A DNA stretch of 64,000 nt from Octopus sinensis (GCF_006345805.1 NC_043000.1:144522001-144586000), one strand, 5' to 3'. Positions 28,056-41,180 are shown, numbered from the stretch's first letter. Translations and numbers: made by a program. The notes: generated by a model not told the origin, from the letters alone.

Positions 28056-28749
28056 GTATGTGTGTGTATGAATAAATCATGCATTAAACATACACTGAAG
28101 GTTACATCTCTACTTGAAACATGATTATATCAAAATTCTTATTTTGCATAACAATCAAAATCTAAGAACCAAAGGTAAACGTAGTTATTTCGTTTGAAAA
28201 AAAATGTGTTGCAAGAACATATTCTTCTCGAAACCATGCTATTTCATTTAAAATACAGGGAAACCTAGTTCTGCAATTTTATACAGCATAAAACTCACGC
28301 GCATACATGAATGCAATTAAGAATTTTTTCGAGTTGGATCCATATTCGCATACTATGGCGCATCAAATGTTTATAACCAAGTTAAAACGACAGAAGTCAG
28401 GTGAGGAAATAGGAATAAATGTTTCAAGTTAATTAGATTAAAATAGTCATTATTGTACTGAAAAATATAACAGATATTTGAATTCGAAGTTCATTATACC
28501 TTTTTTTTTTATCTCATTTCATTTTTTTGCATTTGTAAATTTGTGATTTTTCAAATGTTAAGTAAACTTTTGTGATGGATAAATGATTTATGAACGACAC
28601 CAAAATAGTTATTATATTATCTGACAATTTTCCAAATGAAATAAGAAATTGCTATTCTTCTCTCTCTTCACAATATCATAAATTTGTACAACACACACAC
28701 ACACATACAGATATGCTTAATATACACATCGTAATATAAGGCATATATT

Positions 28750-29160
28750 AGTTTTGAAATTTGGCACAAGGTCAGCAATTCTGGGAAAGGATATATGTCG
28801 AATGCATGAATTCCGAACCTCAACAGCTAGGGCGTTTTGTCGTCTCCAAAACGATGAGATGCGATTTGACTTCTACGGAATTTGAACTAAGACGGTAAAT
28901 TCGGAAGAAATGCCGCTTAGCATTTTGTCCAGCACGGTAAGCATTCTTGCCTTTCAGTGCCTTATTAAAACAATTTTTTTAAATTCAAATTTTGGTACAA
29001 GGCCAAAAATATTAGGGCCAAGTTTTCTTTCATTACTTCAACTTGTGTTCAACTAGTACTGAATCTATCGAATACGAAATGATGAAAGGCAAGGTAGACA
29101 TCGGCGTAATTTGGACTAAGAACGTGAAGACCACGCTCTACTGATTCTGCCAGCTCATTT
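28750..29160 (-). mobile_element. Two adjacent old family A SINE copies (about 28750-28950 and 28985-29160)
   Basis: Diverged matches to ...ggaatttgaact.agaacgt...gaaatgccgct.agcattttg and ctgattctgccagctc; alternative tail ttggcacaagg. Confidence 0.65.
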
Positions 29161-30039
29161 TTCGAGTTAAAAAATCGAAATATTAAAAGATATTTTGCAA
29201 TCTTCGACCATTATCTGGGATAGGACACGCTGCGCTGGTTACAAATAATAGCTTATCCCAGGGCAAAATTTGGTATATTCTGTCTTTTGATATAATAAAC
29301 ACACTTGCACATACAGATACATACATGCAGACAGATACGGATATCGCTTACATAATTATCCTCGAATTCTAATGAGAATTATATACTAATCACTTCTGAA
29401 CTCTGGTGTAACCCATATTTTCTTCAAAACAAGATATTGAAGCGATTGTCAGAAGGGAATTTAATTGTCATTGTTTCAAATTCTAATTAACTATTTAAAC
29501 TAAGTTCTTGATTATTCTGTTATCATAATCTACGACTGGTCATCATTATATCAAGAGTGTGTAAAAATAACACCACAGAACTTTTCTATATAATAGCAAA
29601 ACCCACAAACTGGAATTCCTTAGCATAATTTTATGGACGTCACTACGTGTTTTCGGATGTTCCATTCTACACAATCTTATCGTTTCTACGTAATAAAACT
29701 TTTTTTAGGGAAATATTTGATATAACGATACACTTTCAAGATTTCGCTTGATGTAACATTAACTAACAAAGCTTAGATATACTCGAAATATTTAATGAAG
29801 TGAAACTACTGTAAATGCTAGGCTTTCACGGTAGTAAGTATGGAACTAGCTTGGAGACGATAAGTATATATTTAATATAAAGCAAACCGCATAAGTATTT
29901 CAGTGTGAGACTATATTGACGGTACAGATAATCGTACATTTTAACATCACGATCTAAATTCCAGGTGCGCATACTTTGGAAGCAGTTCAAGCTAGTTGTA
30001 TATAACTTCTTTAATAATTCTTCTTAAAGTCACAAAACC

Positions 30040-30190
30040 TGATATTTGTGGGCAGGCATCAAGACGATTACATAGACGACCTCAGTGCTTCTTATTTCAA
30101 ATACCCCGAAACGATAAAAGGCAAAAGACGTCCTTCACGAAAATTCGTCTCAGAACGTAACGATGAACGAAATGCCGCTAAGTAGGCCAA
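30040..30190 (-). mobile_element. Old family A SINE copy
   Basis: accccgaaacgataaaaggcaaaagacg...ctcagaacgtaacgatgaacgaaatgccgctaag. Confidence 0.6.
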
Positions 30191-30529
30191 CGGTTCACTT
30201 TAACAATGAGACTATTTGCTATTTTCATATAGTCATCATATCTGTATGTAGGTATTGATTTATCTCATTGCCACATATTCAATAAGGATTAAAGGAAACA
30301 GAAATATGTTTTCTTTTAAATATGCATTATTTCAATCAGGTCTACAAATTCCACAACCAGCATATCACATAACAGTCTTCCTTGCGGTATTTAGTAACCT
30401 CCGTTTATGTCCTGAATTTAAACTCTACTTGATTCGTCTGCACCTTTTACCATCATTACGTTAAATAAATTAGACCTACTCTAGTGATAATGAAACAGAG
30501 TCAAACGTCAGGAGTAGCGAAATAGCAAA

Positions 30530-30530
<1 letters not shown>

Positions 30531-30564
<34 letters not shown>

Positions 30565-30634
30565 GTAGTAGTGGCAGCAGCAGTAGTAGTAGCTGCAGCA
30601 GTCGAGCAGCAATAGCAGCAGCAGCGGCAGCAGC

Positions 30635-30666
<32 letters not shown>

Positions 30667-30740
30667 CTGCAGTAGTAGTAGTAGTAGTAGTAGTAGCTGT
30701 AGTAGCAGCTGTAGTAGCAGCAGCAGTATCAGTGGCAGCG

Positions 30741-30801
<61 letters not shown>

Positions 30802-30860
30802 CTGTAGTAGTAGTAGTAGTAGCAGCAGTGGCAGCAGCAACAGCAGTAGTAGTAGTAGTG

Positions 30861-30943
<83 letters not shown>

Positions 30944-30945
30944 TG
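30531..30945. repeat. (AGT)n/(AGC)n compound trinucleotide tract
   Basis: Directly visible; source of the poly-Thr/Ala/Leu/Val ORFs in the track. Confidence 0.95.
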
Positions 30946-31047
30946 TAGAAGTGAACTGCATCCGTCCACTTTCAGTGTCAGAGTATGTAAGAAAAGCTCC
31001 CGGGAATAATATTCTGTTTTCATCTAAGATACAGGTCTATATTTGAG

Positions 31048-31215
31048 AGATGAGGAACGATGTACATTATGTATATTTGATGGATATTTGTCCTCATCTT
31101 GTTTGTTGCTAACCCAACTTTCCTGCTGATGTACTCTCCAGTCTTTATTCAGGTCAATGCCTGGACTCGAACTCGGAATCTCAGGGTTGTTAGCCCGCGC
31201 TCTTAACCACTATGT
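31048..31215 (-). mobile_element. Inverted, internally deleted copy of the tRNA-like head plus hammerhead unit
   Basis: Minus strand: catagtggttaagagcgcgggctaacaaccctgagattccgagttcgagtccaggc (A and B boxes), then gacctga ataaagactggagagtacatcagc...gttagcaacaaacaagatgaggacaaatatcc, which matches 31686-31780. Confidence 0.75.
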
Positions 31216-31239
31216 CTGTGGGAAATTATGAAATTAATT

Positions 31240-31455
31240 TTAGGACTGTGACTCGAGATGTTATTGATAAATTGGGTATAGCTAATTATGTATCGAAAAA
31301 ACGGAGACCACCTCCCAAAGTAGGATGAAGTTAAAATAATAGAGAAAATACGAAAACTCAAAGAGGCAGCGCATATGCTAGGGTATAATAACCTCCTAAG
31401 CAGACCTAGTGCCGATATGAGTAGCATATGTGAACCGGTATTAAGGAAGGATATG
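31240..31455 (+). pseudogene. Penelope-like GIY-YIG endonuclease C-terminal fragment
   Basis: RDVIDKLGIANYV, frameshift, then NGDHLPK*DEVKIIEKIRKLKEAAHMLGYNNLLSRPSADMSSICEPVLRKD; matches the PLE pattern H..W..VKI....RK.KEA.....L.....W.P.L. Confidence 0.75.
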
Positions 31456-31494
31456 AAAAATATTAGACTTATAAGCTCTAAAATTCACTCCATA

Positions 31495-31564
31495 ACTCCG
31501 AGTTCGATCCCTGGTAGTGCACTACATAATAACAACAACAACAACAACAACGATAATAATAATG

Positions 31565-31628
<64 letters not shown>

Positions 31629-31790
31629 CAACAACATCGGGAAAATACCTTAGGTTCGAACTCGGATTCGAAATTCCACCAGGACACCTGATGAAGGCTG
31701 AAGAGTACATTAGCCAAAACGTCATGTTAGCAACAAACACGATGAGGAGAAATATCCGTCAAATGTAAATAATGTAAATAATATCTATCT
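31495..31790 (+). mobile_element. PLE terminal-repeat-like unit: B-box segment, (AAC/AAT)n tract, hammerhead, 3' tail
   Basis: ccgagttcgatccctgg, then (AAT)n at about 31531-31637, then the hammerhead motif; homologous to the inverted copy at 31048-31215. Confidence 0.7.
31683..31728 (+). ncRNA. Minimal type I hammerhead motif with G12 changed to A
   Basis: gacac CTGATGA A GGCTG aagagtacat TAGCC AAAAC GTC atgtt; CUGAUGA intact, 5-bp stem II, ACGT stem III, GUC triplet; CCGAAA to CCAAAA fits CpG decay. Confidence 0.65.
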
Positions 31791-31963
31791 AAGAAATTGT
31801 CTTGTATGAAAATAATATTGATGCATAGTATCTAATTGCTACTTCGCACTTCATGCTTCCACGTAGACAAATAATTAAATTGTGATGTAGCCGTAATATT
31901 TGAATCTGCATGATTTTAGTCCAGCTGACTGAAGTAAATTCGGCTTTTTGAAATATATAAAGA

Positions 31964-32359
31964 CTAGCAGTATCGCCCGGCGTTGCTCGGGTTTGTAAGG
32001 GAAATAAATATATAAGCATTTTTAGAGAGCTATAGCCAAAAAATAGCAAAAAAATGCATTAAAAATGGAAAAAAAATTATGGTAAATCATTGACTCATCA
32101 TTGACTCATCGTAGACATTTTTAGAGAGTTACTTCCCTTATATAATAGCGAAACAATGCATTAAAACGGAAGAAAATGATGGTAATTTTTTTTTAAGTCG
32201 TAGACTCATCCTAGACGCGCGCTAATACCCAGAAGGGCTCGATATGAATCACGACTATAAGATACTCGGTTTTGGTTAAACTGCACCGCAAAATGTGGGA
32301 GTAGTTAGGAATCTAAATCCTAGGAGACAGACACAGAACTACACTTTTACATATAAAGA
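31964..32359 (-). mobile_element. Non-autonomous Helitron
   Basis: Minus strand begins a|TC (atctttatat) and ends with hairpin cccgagcaacgccggg followed by CTAG|t; second copy at 37525-37917. Confidence 0.85.
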
Positions 32360-34103
32360 TATCACACTTGTCAGCATCACCAGTGTGACAGAGATCATGT
32401 AGGAGTTACTTGAAATTTTCTTCGGCATTAATGATATAAAGGATGTGAAATCACAAATTTATCACAATTTCGTTGATGTTCTTTGATTGGACTATATACT
32501 AAGAAGCATCGTGTATTGAATTGTTGCGTAAATGCGTATATATATCAAGGTTTATTTCGTTGTTAATTATTAAAATTAAAATTGTCCAAATATGTCAGTC
32601 TGATGCAGTATAAACACGGCGGAAAATATAAATGCTGGAGTGGTACACAGATTGCAGTTCCAATTTTTACATTCTAATATGAAATCTGTCACGTAGTTTG
32701 AAGAGACTAGGTAAAGGATGTTCTATTCCTGCCGAATGCTAGCCTTCATTCGTCACTTGTTGATAAATACCGTTAATACTTCAGACTATATCGATTGATT
32801 TCCTCAATTCTCTTTAAGATCCACGACAATTGTTTTCATTTTATGACATTTCTTCAGATATTATCAATATCATATACTTGGCCTACGTACAATAATCTGA
32901 ACCGATATCATTTAACTATTGAAAGACTTATATTTGAACATCTATTTAATTTGTATCATCATACATTTATAATCTGAGATAGAATACTACAATAAATTGC
33001 GTTACCTTGTCATAAAGATGTAATTTTACTCGATAAATATAGAGCTGGTGAGGCCGTTCCAATAAGAAATATAATCTCAGTTGATTTTGTTAATTTTCTA
33101 TAGATTATAGTTTGCGGATTGATGGGCTGTGTAGGCTTTATTGTAATTCTACTTTGATAGGCTTGTTACTCATAAATCATCATGTATAATTTCGGCATGC
33201 GTGGCAGTTTTCTACTAACAAACGATATTTTTTATGCGAAATTCAATTATAAATTCGGTGGCGATATAAGTATTCTCAATGATTCATGTCGCTTTATATA
33301 TTAGTAAGCCCATTCCGAAAGCGACAGTGAACTTATTCAGCTTCCTACGAAGTTTCATTATCTTTCATTCTTCATTGAAAATAATTTCATCTCCTAAACG
33401 ATCATTCACAAACAATTAGGAAACAAACATATCAAAAAAAATCTGCACGTATTTTTTCTGAAATGGTTGAATCTCATAACATGTCTAAAATTTCAAATCA
33501 TTTTATCAATTGCAGTACTTTTGGTCAGTTCTCATATTCTTCAGCTGTAGAAAACAGAACGTATCAAATTTTTTTGGAAGGTGAGAGTGTTTTGCGTATG
33601 TAAGCGCATGTGGTTGAGGGGTCTGTGACGTGTGTTGGATAAGTGAAATTTCCTGTTATTTTAGTGCTTGTAAATTATGTGTGTGTGCGTATGTGTGTGT
33701 ATATCAGCGCTTATGCGTACATGTATGTTTCCATGTATATCTATATGAACAGTCATACTTGATCACAACAAGCTGTTTTACTTCCAATATAACTAATACT
33801 TTCTTCAACTTATGTAAATATATATATATATATACATATTTTTATACATATTTATACACACACAGACACACAGACAAAGACAGAGACCACACACACACAT
33901 ACATACATATATGTATATATATACACACCACATATATATACATATACACACACACACACATATATATATATCCATATATATATATATACTATATATATAT
34001 ATATACATATATATATACATATATATATATATAAATATATATATAAACTTAGATATGCTTCGACCAAAGATTGGTCCAGGCCATGTCTAATTAATAGCAC
34101 CAC

Positions 34104-34161
<58 letters not shown>

Positions 34162-34181
34162 TATATATATATATATATATA

Positions 34182-34225
<44 letters not shown>

Positions 34226-34390
34226 TACATATATACATATACATATATATATATACATTATATATATATACAAAGAGCAATAAAGATTCAAGTTAATTTT
34301 AAAAATTTACTTGAATATGGTACCTAACTTAGATGCACCAAAAAAAAAACTATACTGATTTAACAATACAGTAATGTGGGGTGATTATAA

Positions 34391-34777
34391 GCGAGAAAGA
34401 AGCAAAAGAATGGATAGGTTTTTAGTACGATCGTTTCATACAAGGACAGGTTATTAAAAGTTGCAAAGATTACAGCATATAAACGAGTCCCGTACTCATC
34501 AGCTAAAATACATGTAAGTTCTCTAGACATCCTAGTGTTTGAGGCTATACTTTAAAGAACTTTAAAGAACTTTAATGAACTTTAGAAATCTGTTTAATTA
34601 TCTACATTACTTATGAGTATAGCCTCAAACACTAGGATGTCTAGAGAACTTACATGTATTTTAGCTGATGAGTACGGGACTCGTTTATATGCTGTAATCT
34701 TTGCAACTTTTAAAAAACCGTGCCTTGTATGAAACGATCGTACTAAAAACCTATCCATTCTTGTTGCTCTTTCTCGC
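34391..34777. repeat. Long inverted repeat, arms of about 161 bp (34391-34551, 34616-34777), spacer of about 64 bp
   Basis: Arms nearly perfectly reverse-complementary; spacer holds three copies of tttaa(a/t)gaac. Confidence 0.95.
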
Positions 34778-34819
34778 GTATATATATATATATATTTAAT
34801 AGATACAATACATGCTTTT

Positions 34820-36825
34820 ATTGAGTGGTGGAGATATTTTAACGTTTTTGTACTGAGAATAATCAGGATGTTATCAACACTTTGTTGAAGGAGAGCAATA
34901 AATATAAAACCACCTGAATGTACCCAAAATCAAAGGGCTGGCATCTCATATATCTAGATTATATTTTGATCAAAAAGCGTGATAAGAAAAGTGATTCTAG
35001 TGCTCAGGCTGTGAGGGGAGCAGAGAGCTGGATTAACCATTGTCTAGTGCGTGGGGAAATGAATTTTTTTATAATGCATAAAAGTCGATAATCTGGTCCG
35101 AAGATGTTACAAATTTCAAGTTAGCAAGCAACGTGCAAACATCCCACGATGCTATAGAAAGTATCAGTCTTGATCCAAACAATCTATGGGAAGATTTTAA
35201 AACAAAGTATTTCAGACTGCATATTCTTCAATGGGATTTAACTGTCGTATGTCCACCGACTGATCTTCAGACAAATCACCAGGAATTACTCATCTGGTTT
35301 TAGAAAACATAATTTATGCAACACACTTCTTTCTCAGTCCCTGAACCCCAATTCAAACAATGCTTACAGAAAGCTGAAAGAGAAAGTGCGGTCAGTTCTA
35401 AGGAAAATTAAACAGGAATGGTGAACGGCAAGGCAAAGGGAGCGCAAGAAATAGCTTATAGAAATGATGCCAAGGACTAAGTATGTATATGGCCCAAAAT
35501 CTTCTTCAATACCTCCAGTGAGAACAGCAAATGGATGTTTGCTTTTGATTGACACCGCTTCTATTCATAAGTCATAGGTAGAATTTGTCTGCAGTTTTGA
35601 ATAGACCACCAGCTGTTGCGATGAATATGATAGAGAAAATCGAACCCCTTCCGGTTACAGAGGAAATGACATTTGAACCAACTGTAAATGGCCTTCATTT
35701 AGCTGTGGATATGCTGAATCACAAATCCGCAGTGTCTGATGGGATCTGTCCAAATATCTTGAAGTATAGGGGTAACGATTTTTTTGAACTCTTAAATATA
35801 TTAATGTGTCACTGTTAGAGAACAGAGGAAGTGCCGCTGGATTGATTATATTTTAGTCTCCATGTATAACTTGATGCCAAATAATCTGTGTGGTAATTTT
35901 TGTGGGATTTCGCTTTTGTCTGTATTAGGAAAGGTACCTACCCGTATTCTATTAGAACTTTTAAATTACACCAGTGCATGATGGAAAACTGGACACAGAA
36001 ATGCAGGTTTAAATTACACCAGTACATGATGGAAAACTGGACACATAAATGCATTTCGAAATTCAAAGGGCAACGCAAGCATGTTTGGTGCCGGCGACTT
36101 CAAATTGTTACAAAATTTTCCACGAAAAATGCCTTCGCCGCAATTTAAACCTTCTTGAATAGAACTTTTTTTACTCCAGACACAGATATTTTTGAATCTG
36201 CAGGAATCAGTTCACTTAAATCAGTGATCTTGAAAAATCAAATGAGATGGTCTGGCCACATCGCTCGAATGACGGATGAACGTAGATCCAAATAGTTTTT
36301 TTATGGCCAACTTGCAGAAGGAAACGCGATCAGTGTAAACCTAAAGAGAGGTCTAAGGACAGTATAACCACTAACATGTCACTTGGAATGGATCCAAAGA
36401 CAATAGAAGATCTTTCTTCGGATTGATTTGGATGGCGTGTGGAGTTGAGTGAAAGCTTTTGAAGAAACCAGCATCAACAAAGCGAAGCTCAACACAAATG
36501 TAAAGAAGAAAACTATAAGGAACGAAAAAATAAATCCCAACCAACTTTTTGTCGGCACTATTTGCGACACATCATGACTTTCTTTTGCTGGGCTCAAAGC
36601 TCATTTGTATACCAACTAAAACTACTCTCCACCAAATACTTGACCTATACATCTGTGCATGCCTGTCAATGCCATGTATGGGATAAGATCTACAAATCTA
36701 ACGGAGTCCTTAACAAACATTTTAAAATCCACAAAGATCAGAATTCAAATGCAGATCTTGGTGGTACAAAGCAGATATGCAATTTATGTGGGTCTATCAG
36801 ACGCCATGATAGATCTACCATGTAA
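34820..36825 (+). pseudogene. Decayed RTE-clade LINE: endonuclease end, linker, RT start, RT core deleted, C-terminus with C2H2-like fingers
   Basis: KTT*MYPKSKGWHLIYLDYILIKKRD...VRGAESWINHCLVR; YVYGPKSSSIPPVRTANG; SAVLNRPP...DGICPNILK; CGNFCGISLLSVLGKV; FHEKCLRRNL; MRWSGHIARMTDERRSK*FFYGQLAEG. Confidence 0.9.
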
Positions 36826-36904
36826 ATACAAGCGGTGGTCAGGCTCTGTATAAAAAGGAGGCAATCCCCGTATATATGTGTGTGTGAGTGTGTCTGTACG
36901 TGCA

Positions 36905-37190
36905 TGTATGTTCGAATCCCGGACCGGGCTGCGTGTTGTGTTCTTGAGCAAGACACTTTATTTCACATTGCTCCAGTTCACTCAGCTGTAGAAACGAGTT
37001 GCGACGTCACAGGTGCCAAGCTGTATCGGCCTTTGCCTTTCCCTTGGATAACACTGGTAGCGGAGAGGGGAGGCCGGTATGCATGGGACACTGCTGGTCT
37101 TCCATAAACAACCTTGCCCAGACTTATGCCTGGGAGAGTAACTTTCCAGGTGTAAGCCCACGGTCAGCCATGACCGAAGGTGGTCTCAAT
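36905..37190 (+). mobile_element. SINE family D, 5'-truncated copy with a different 3' module
   Basis: gttcgaatcccggaccgggc.gcgtgttgtgttcttgagcaagacact...ccagt.cactcagctg matches 45780-45860 and then diverges. Confidence 0.75.
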
Positions 37191-37524
37191 TAATGTATGA
37201 ATTTGCGCTTGATCTCATTTCATGTTCCTTTCAGTAGTGTTTTAGGATAGTGACGACGTCAAACTTTTACCAGATTAATGTAACGCTTGGGTTCGATATT
37301 GTCTACGAATTCTTTTATGGATCTCCGTAAGAGTTCTTATTGTCCATTGCGTGAAAGCACTAAAATACTTATATAGAAAATGTATATATTTTATAAATAA
37401 ATTTCATCACTTACATTTTGATATAAATTCTAGAACGTTCTAACCGAGCATCAACTCTGAATATGTTGCCGCCGATATTTTGTTAGATGCTTGATATAAA
37501 TTTTTATTGAGTAAATATACAGAA

Positions 37525-37917
37525 CTAGCAGTATCGCCCGGCGTTGCTCGGGTTTGTAAGGGAAATAACAATATAAGCATTTTAGAGATGTAAAGTATAA
37601 TAGCCATCTCAATATGGCTAACCACAAGGGGGGGTTGTTACTGTAGCTTTTTACGTTCTGAGATTTAATGATACATTTTTACAGAGTTACTTCCCTTATA
37701 TATGCCAAAAATGCATTAAAATGGGAAAAATTGATGGTGAATTTTTTAAAAATCGTAGACTCATCGTAGACGCGCGCTAATACCAAGAAGAGCTCGATAT
37801 GAATCACGATTATAAGATACCCGGTTTTGGTTAAACTGCACCGCAAAATGTGGGAGTAGTTAGGAATCTAAATCATAGGAGACAGACAGCACACAACATC
37901 TCTTTTATATATAAAGA
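37525..37917 (-). mobile_element. Non-autonomous Helitron, second copy
   Basis: Same termini and hairpin as 31964-32359; the middle segment differs. Confidence 0.85.
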
Positions 37918-39927
37918 TTAGAAGTAGGTTACTTACACATTTTCCCCTTCCTGTTGACAAACTAATCACCAGGAGAGTAGGTTCAGACGCGACATAATTA
38001 TTTAAGCAGTTACTCGTCTGCAGGGACAATCGCAGCTGCTGTAATTATGTAATCTTTATCAGGTTTTGGGTAAATGAAATACTAGGGAAATAATTGATAT
38101 ACAGAGTTGTCAGTGGGTACTTATTTCACAGAAATACACACTTCTCTCCCTTTACCGAAAACGTAAGTTATTTCTCTCTCCATAACTTACTATTTCAAGA
38201 GATATTCATATCCTTTAGCACGGAACTGCAATACAATATTAAACTGTTACAACGTGAATAGAAGCCTTTTCATATATTATAACTGACAGAGAAATTAAAT
38301 GGGAATACAAAGACAACTATTGTACATATTAACAATCAAATTGTAACTGTATTGAAATTTTAAATGCAACATTCAGTACAAACGAAATACCATCAACGCA
38401 AAGCGAAAAACAAGACCTAACTATAAAAAGAAATACAATTTTAGAAATCGCTCAACAACCTTTCAGCATGTCATTATGTTTACAATTCTATTCTAGCTTT
38501 TCTATAGAAATATATGTGCCTGCACACTTCCTCTTTATGACTTTCAACATATCGTTTCGTAAAGAGGTAGAATATCAGAACTATAGATAGAATCAACAAG
38601 TACGTTATATTCAATGAGACAGAAGTAAAAACGAATAAGACAAAAACAAGAAGTATAAAAATATAAACAAGATTATTTTAATAACAAGATAAGCAAAAAA
38701 AAAAAAAAAGGTAACATAACAATAACAAATCAACAAGCAACACACATACGGCAATCAAAAGCAAACAAATATATCCACCTCTTCAATTAACGGGCACTTG
38801 TTTTCGATTGAATCAACATTGGGAGCGTTGTTTAATTTTGATTAATTGCATTCTGATAACAAAATTATTAGATGTTAAAATACGAAGAGTTTAGTTATAA
38901 ATTTTAGAATCTGGCTGAAGGTGATGTTGTTTAAAACAAGTCGATTTCTGAATGTAAAGTGCATCAAATCTAATTTCCTCAATGGAATCTAATTTTATAT
39001 TTGAATTATCTACACTTTCAGTGCTGAACACTCACCTGCCATTTTAAAAGAGGGGCTAAAATAGGTTGGTGATGGTCTTGCTAGCGGTATTCAATGTGAA
39101 CGTATTATTGATAGAAGAGCGTCTAACGTGATAATATTTTCAAACATGTCATGATTGAGTTAATAGTTTTCAGTGAAAACCATAAACTTTTGAAAGTTTA
39201 CAAGAGACGATATAATGAGAATGAATTTTAAAAATCAAAAAAAAAAAAAAATCACAAAACAAAAGCAAAACAAACAAAACCCGAAGATAGAAATCTAAAT
39301 TATATATTGGTGGAAGATAATCGATTGAAAATTATTAAATTTAATTGTCAAATTACAGTTGTTCGAATGGTATTACTTAACCTACTATACATAGACGCAT
39401 ACGTATTGTTTTGAAGAATGTGAACTAGACTCTACGCAGGTTTAGTCATCAGGAATGATTTTTCAAACTGTTACGAACAACAATTTCAGAGAACTTCGTT
39501 TGTGCTTTCGGACCTCGAGGTAGCAATTATATGACTTTACACAAATCGTTCACTTTTCATTTGTCTCAATGGTCACGTGAGTTTGTGTACTCAGCTTTGT
39601 AGTACGAGAGAATTCAGTGATGCGAAAGAATCTTGTACATTTTTACACAAGAAAATCCCTAACCACCAACAGCTTATCGTTGTACGGTGTTATACGCTTT
39701 ACCAACTTGCCAAGGCTGGTCAAAGCCGACGGTCATTTCCGTATAACTGATCAGGATTCGGGTTTTCATTGCCGGAACCCAGAAAAACGTACTTCTGTAG
39801 AACTCTCTGTGTAATTACGAAATAAGTCTTCGGAGTGTGATAACAGAATTTTCAGTCTGATCGGATGAATAACCTCGCTTACATATATTGGGTACATTCT
39901 GTCGCTGCAAACACTCCTAGATATAAC

Positions 39928-39970
<43 letters not shown>

Positions 39971-40870
39971 TCACTCACGCATACACATATATATAAACCC
40001 GTAGGCATGCATCTTTGTGAGTTTTGAACATTCGTATATATATACATGGAGAGGAATTTTGTAGGCAATTTTTCTCCATATATTTTGTAATTAGCGTTAT
40101 TATTATGTTCGAAATTTTTATGTTTATTTTGCTAAATAAATCTCCCATGCTTATATTTTTGTTCTTGGAATTATTAGCACCCGTTCGTGCTTCTATAGAT
40201 ATATCATACGTGCAAACGATGGATGAAAGACGCTTCAAATAGGTTAATCCAAGAACAGAGATAAGTGAAATATGTGATATATAATCTCGGTGTAAAAGTG
40301 TATGCTCTAAACTTGATAAAACTAAGAGTTATAGAGACCACACATATATGAGACATATTTACAGTAATGATCATTTTAACGCACTAAATTGCAGAACATA
40401 AAATGAACAAGATAGGGAACATCAGTGACTAACAATTCTGTGCAGTACTTCGTCCCCCCAAAAGCACTGGACATGCTTGAGCGTTACAATACCAGTAACT
40501 GATAAGCTATAATAAGCTCAAACAAGAAAGATCACTTGAGGGATGGTGTATATATACGCAGGTGAAGTTTACACCAGTCACATTGGCAGTGCTATGGAAT
40601 GTAGCTATCTATTACATCCTTTCAGGAAAATAACACGTTGAAGGCCGACAAACATTACTGATAGCATTAGGAAAATCGATGTTCCGATACATTGCATTAA
40701 ACTCATATGAGTATATGAAATAAATATATTGATAAAAAATATCTATAAACGTAGTCCTGTGTTTCATACAAAATAATAAATGTAATATAACATATATAAC
40801 ATACGATGTAATACATATTTACAGTGTGATATACGCATTCACATACATAGACTCACGCATACACACACAG

Positions 40871-40949
<79 letters not shown>

Positions 40950-40980
40950 ATATATATGTAGATATGTATGTATTATAATA

Positions 40981-41180
40981 TATGTATGCATATATATACA
41001 CGCATATATAAGCTATAATAAACACGTACATATATATATATATATATAAATACATGTATGTGTGTATGTATATATATATGTATGCATATATATATACACG
41101 CGGATATAAGCTATAATAAACACATACATATATATATATATAAATATAAATACGTGTATGTGTGTATGTATATATATATT
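40981..41180. repeat. Tandem duplication of about 110 bp embedded in TA/TG microsatellite
   Basis: Two copies of tatgtatgcatatatatacacgc...atataagctataataaacac.tac. Confidence 0.85.

Noticed and set aside
34045-34095. Hairpin gacca/tggtc followed by gaagcatatc on the minus strand, hammerhead-like
   Set aside because: No CUGANGA core upstream of the stem.
34660-34695. CTGATGAG...ACTC in the arm of the long inverted repeat
   Set aside because: Followed by GTTT rather than GAAA, so no hammerhead core.
39440-39900. GC-balanced unique-looking segment (similar ones at 23400-23700 and 58200-58560)
   Set aside because: All frames contain stops and no motif was recognised; it cannot be supported as coding without homology search.
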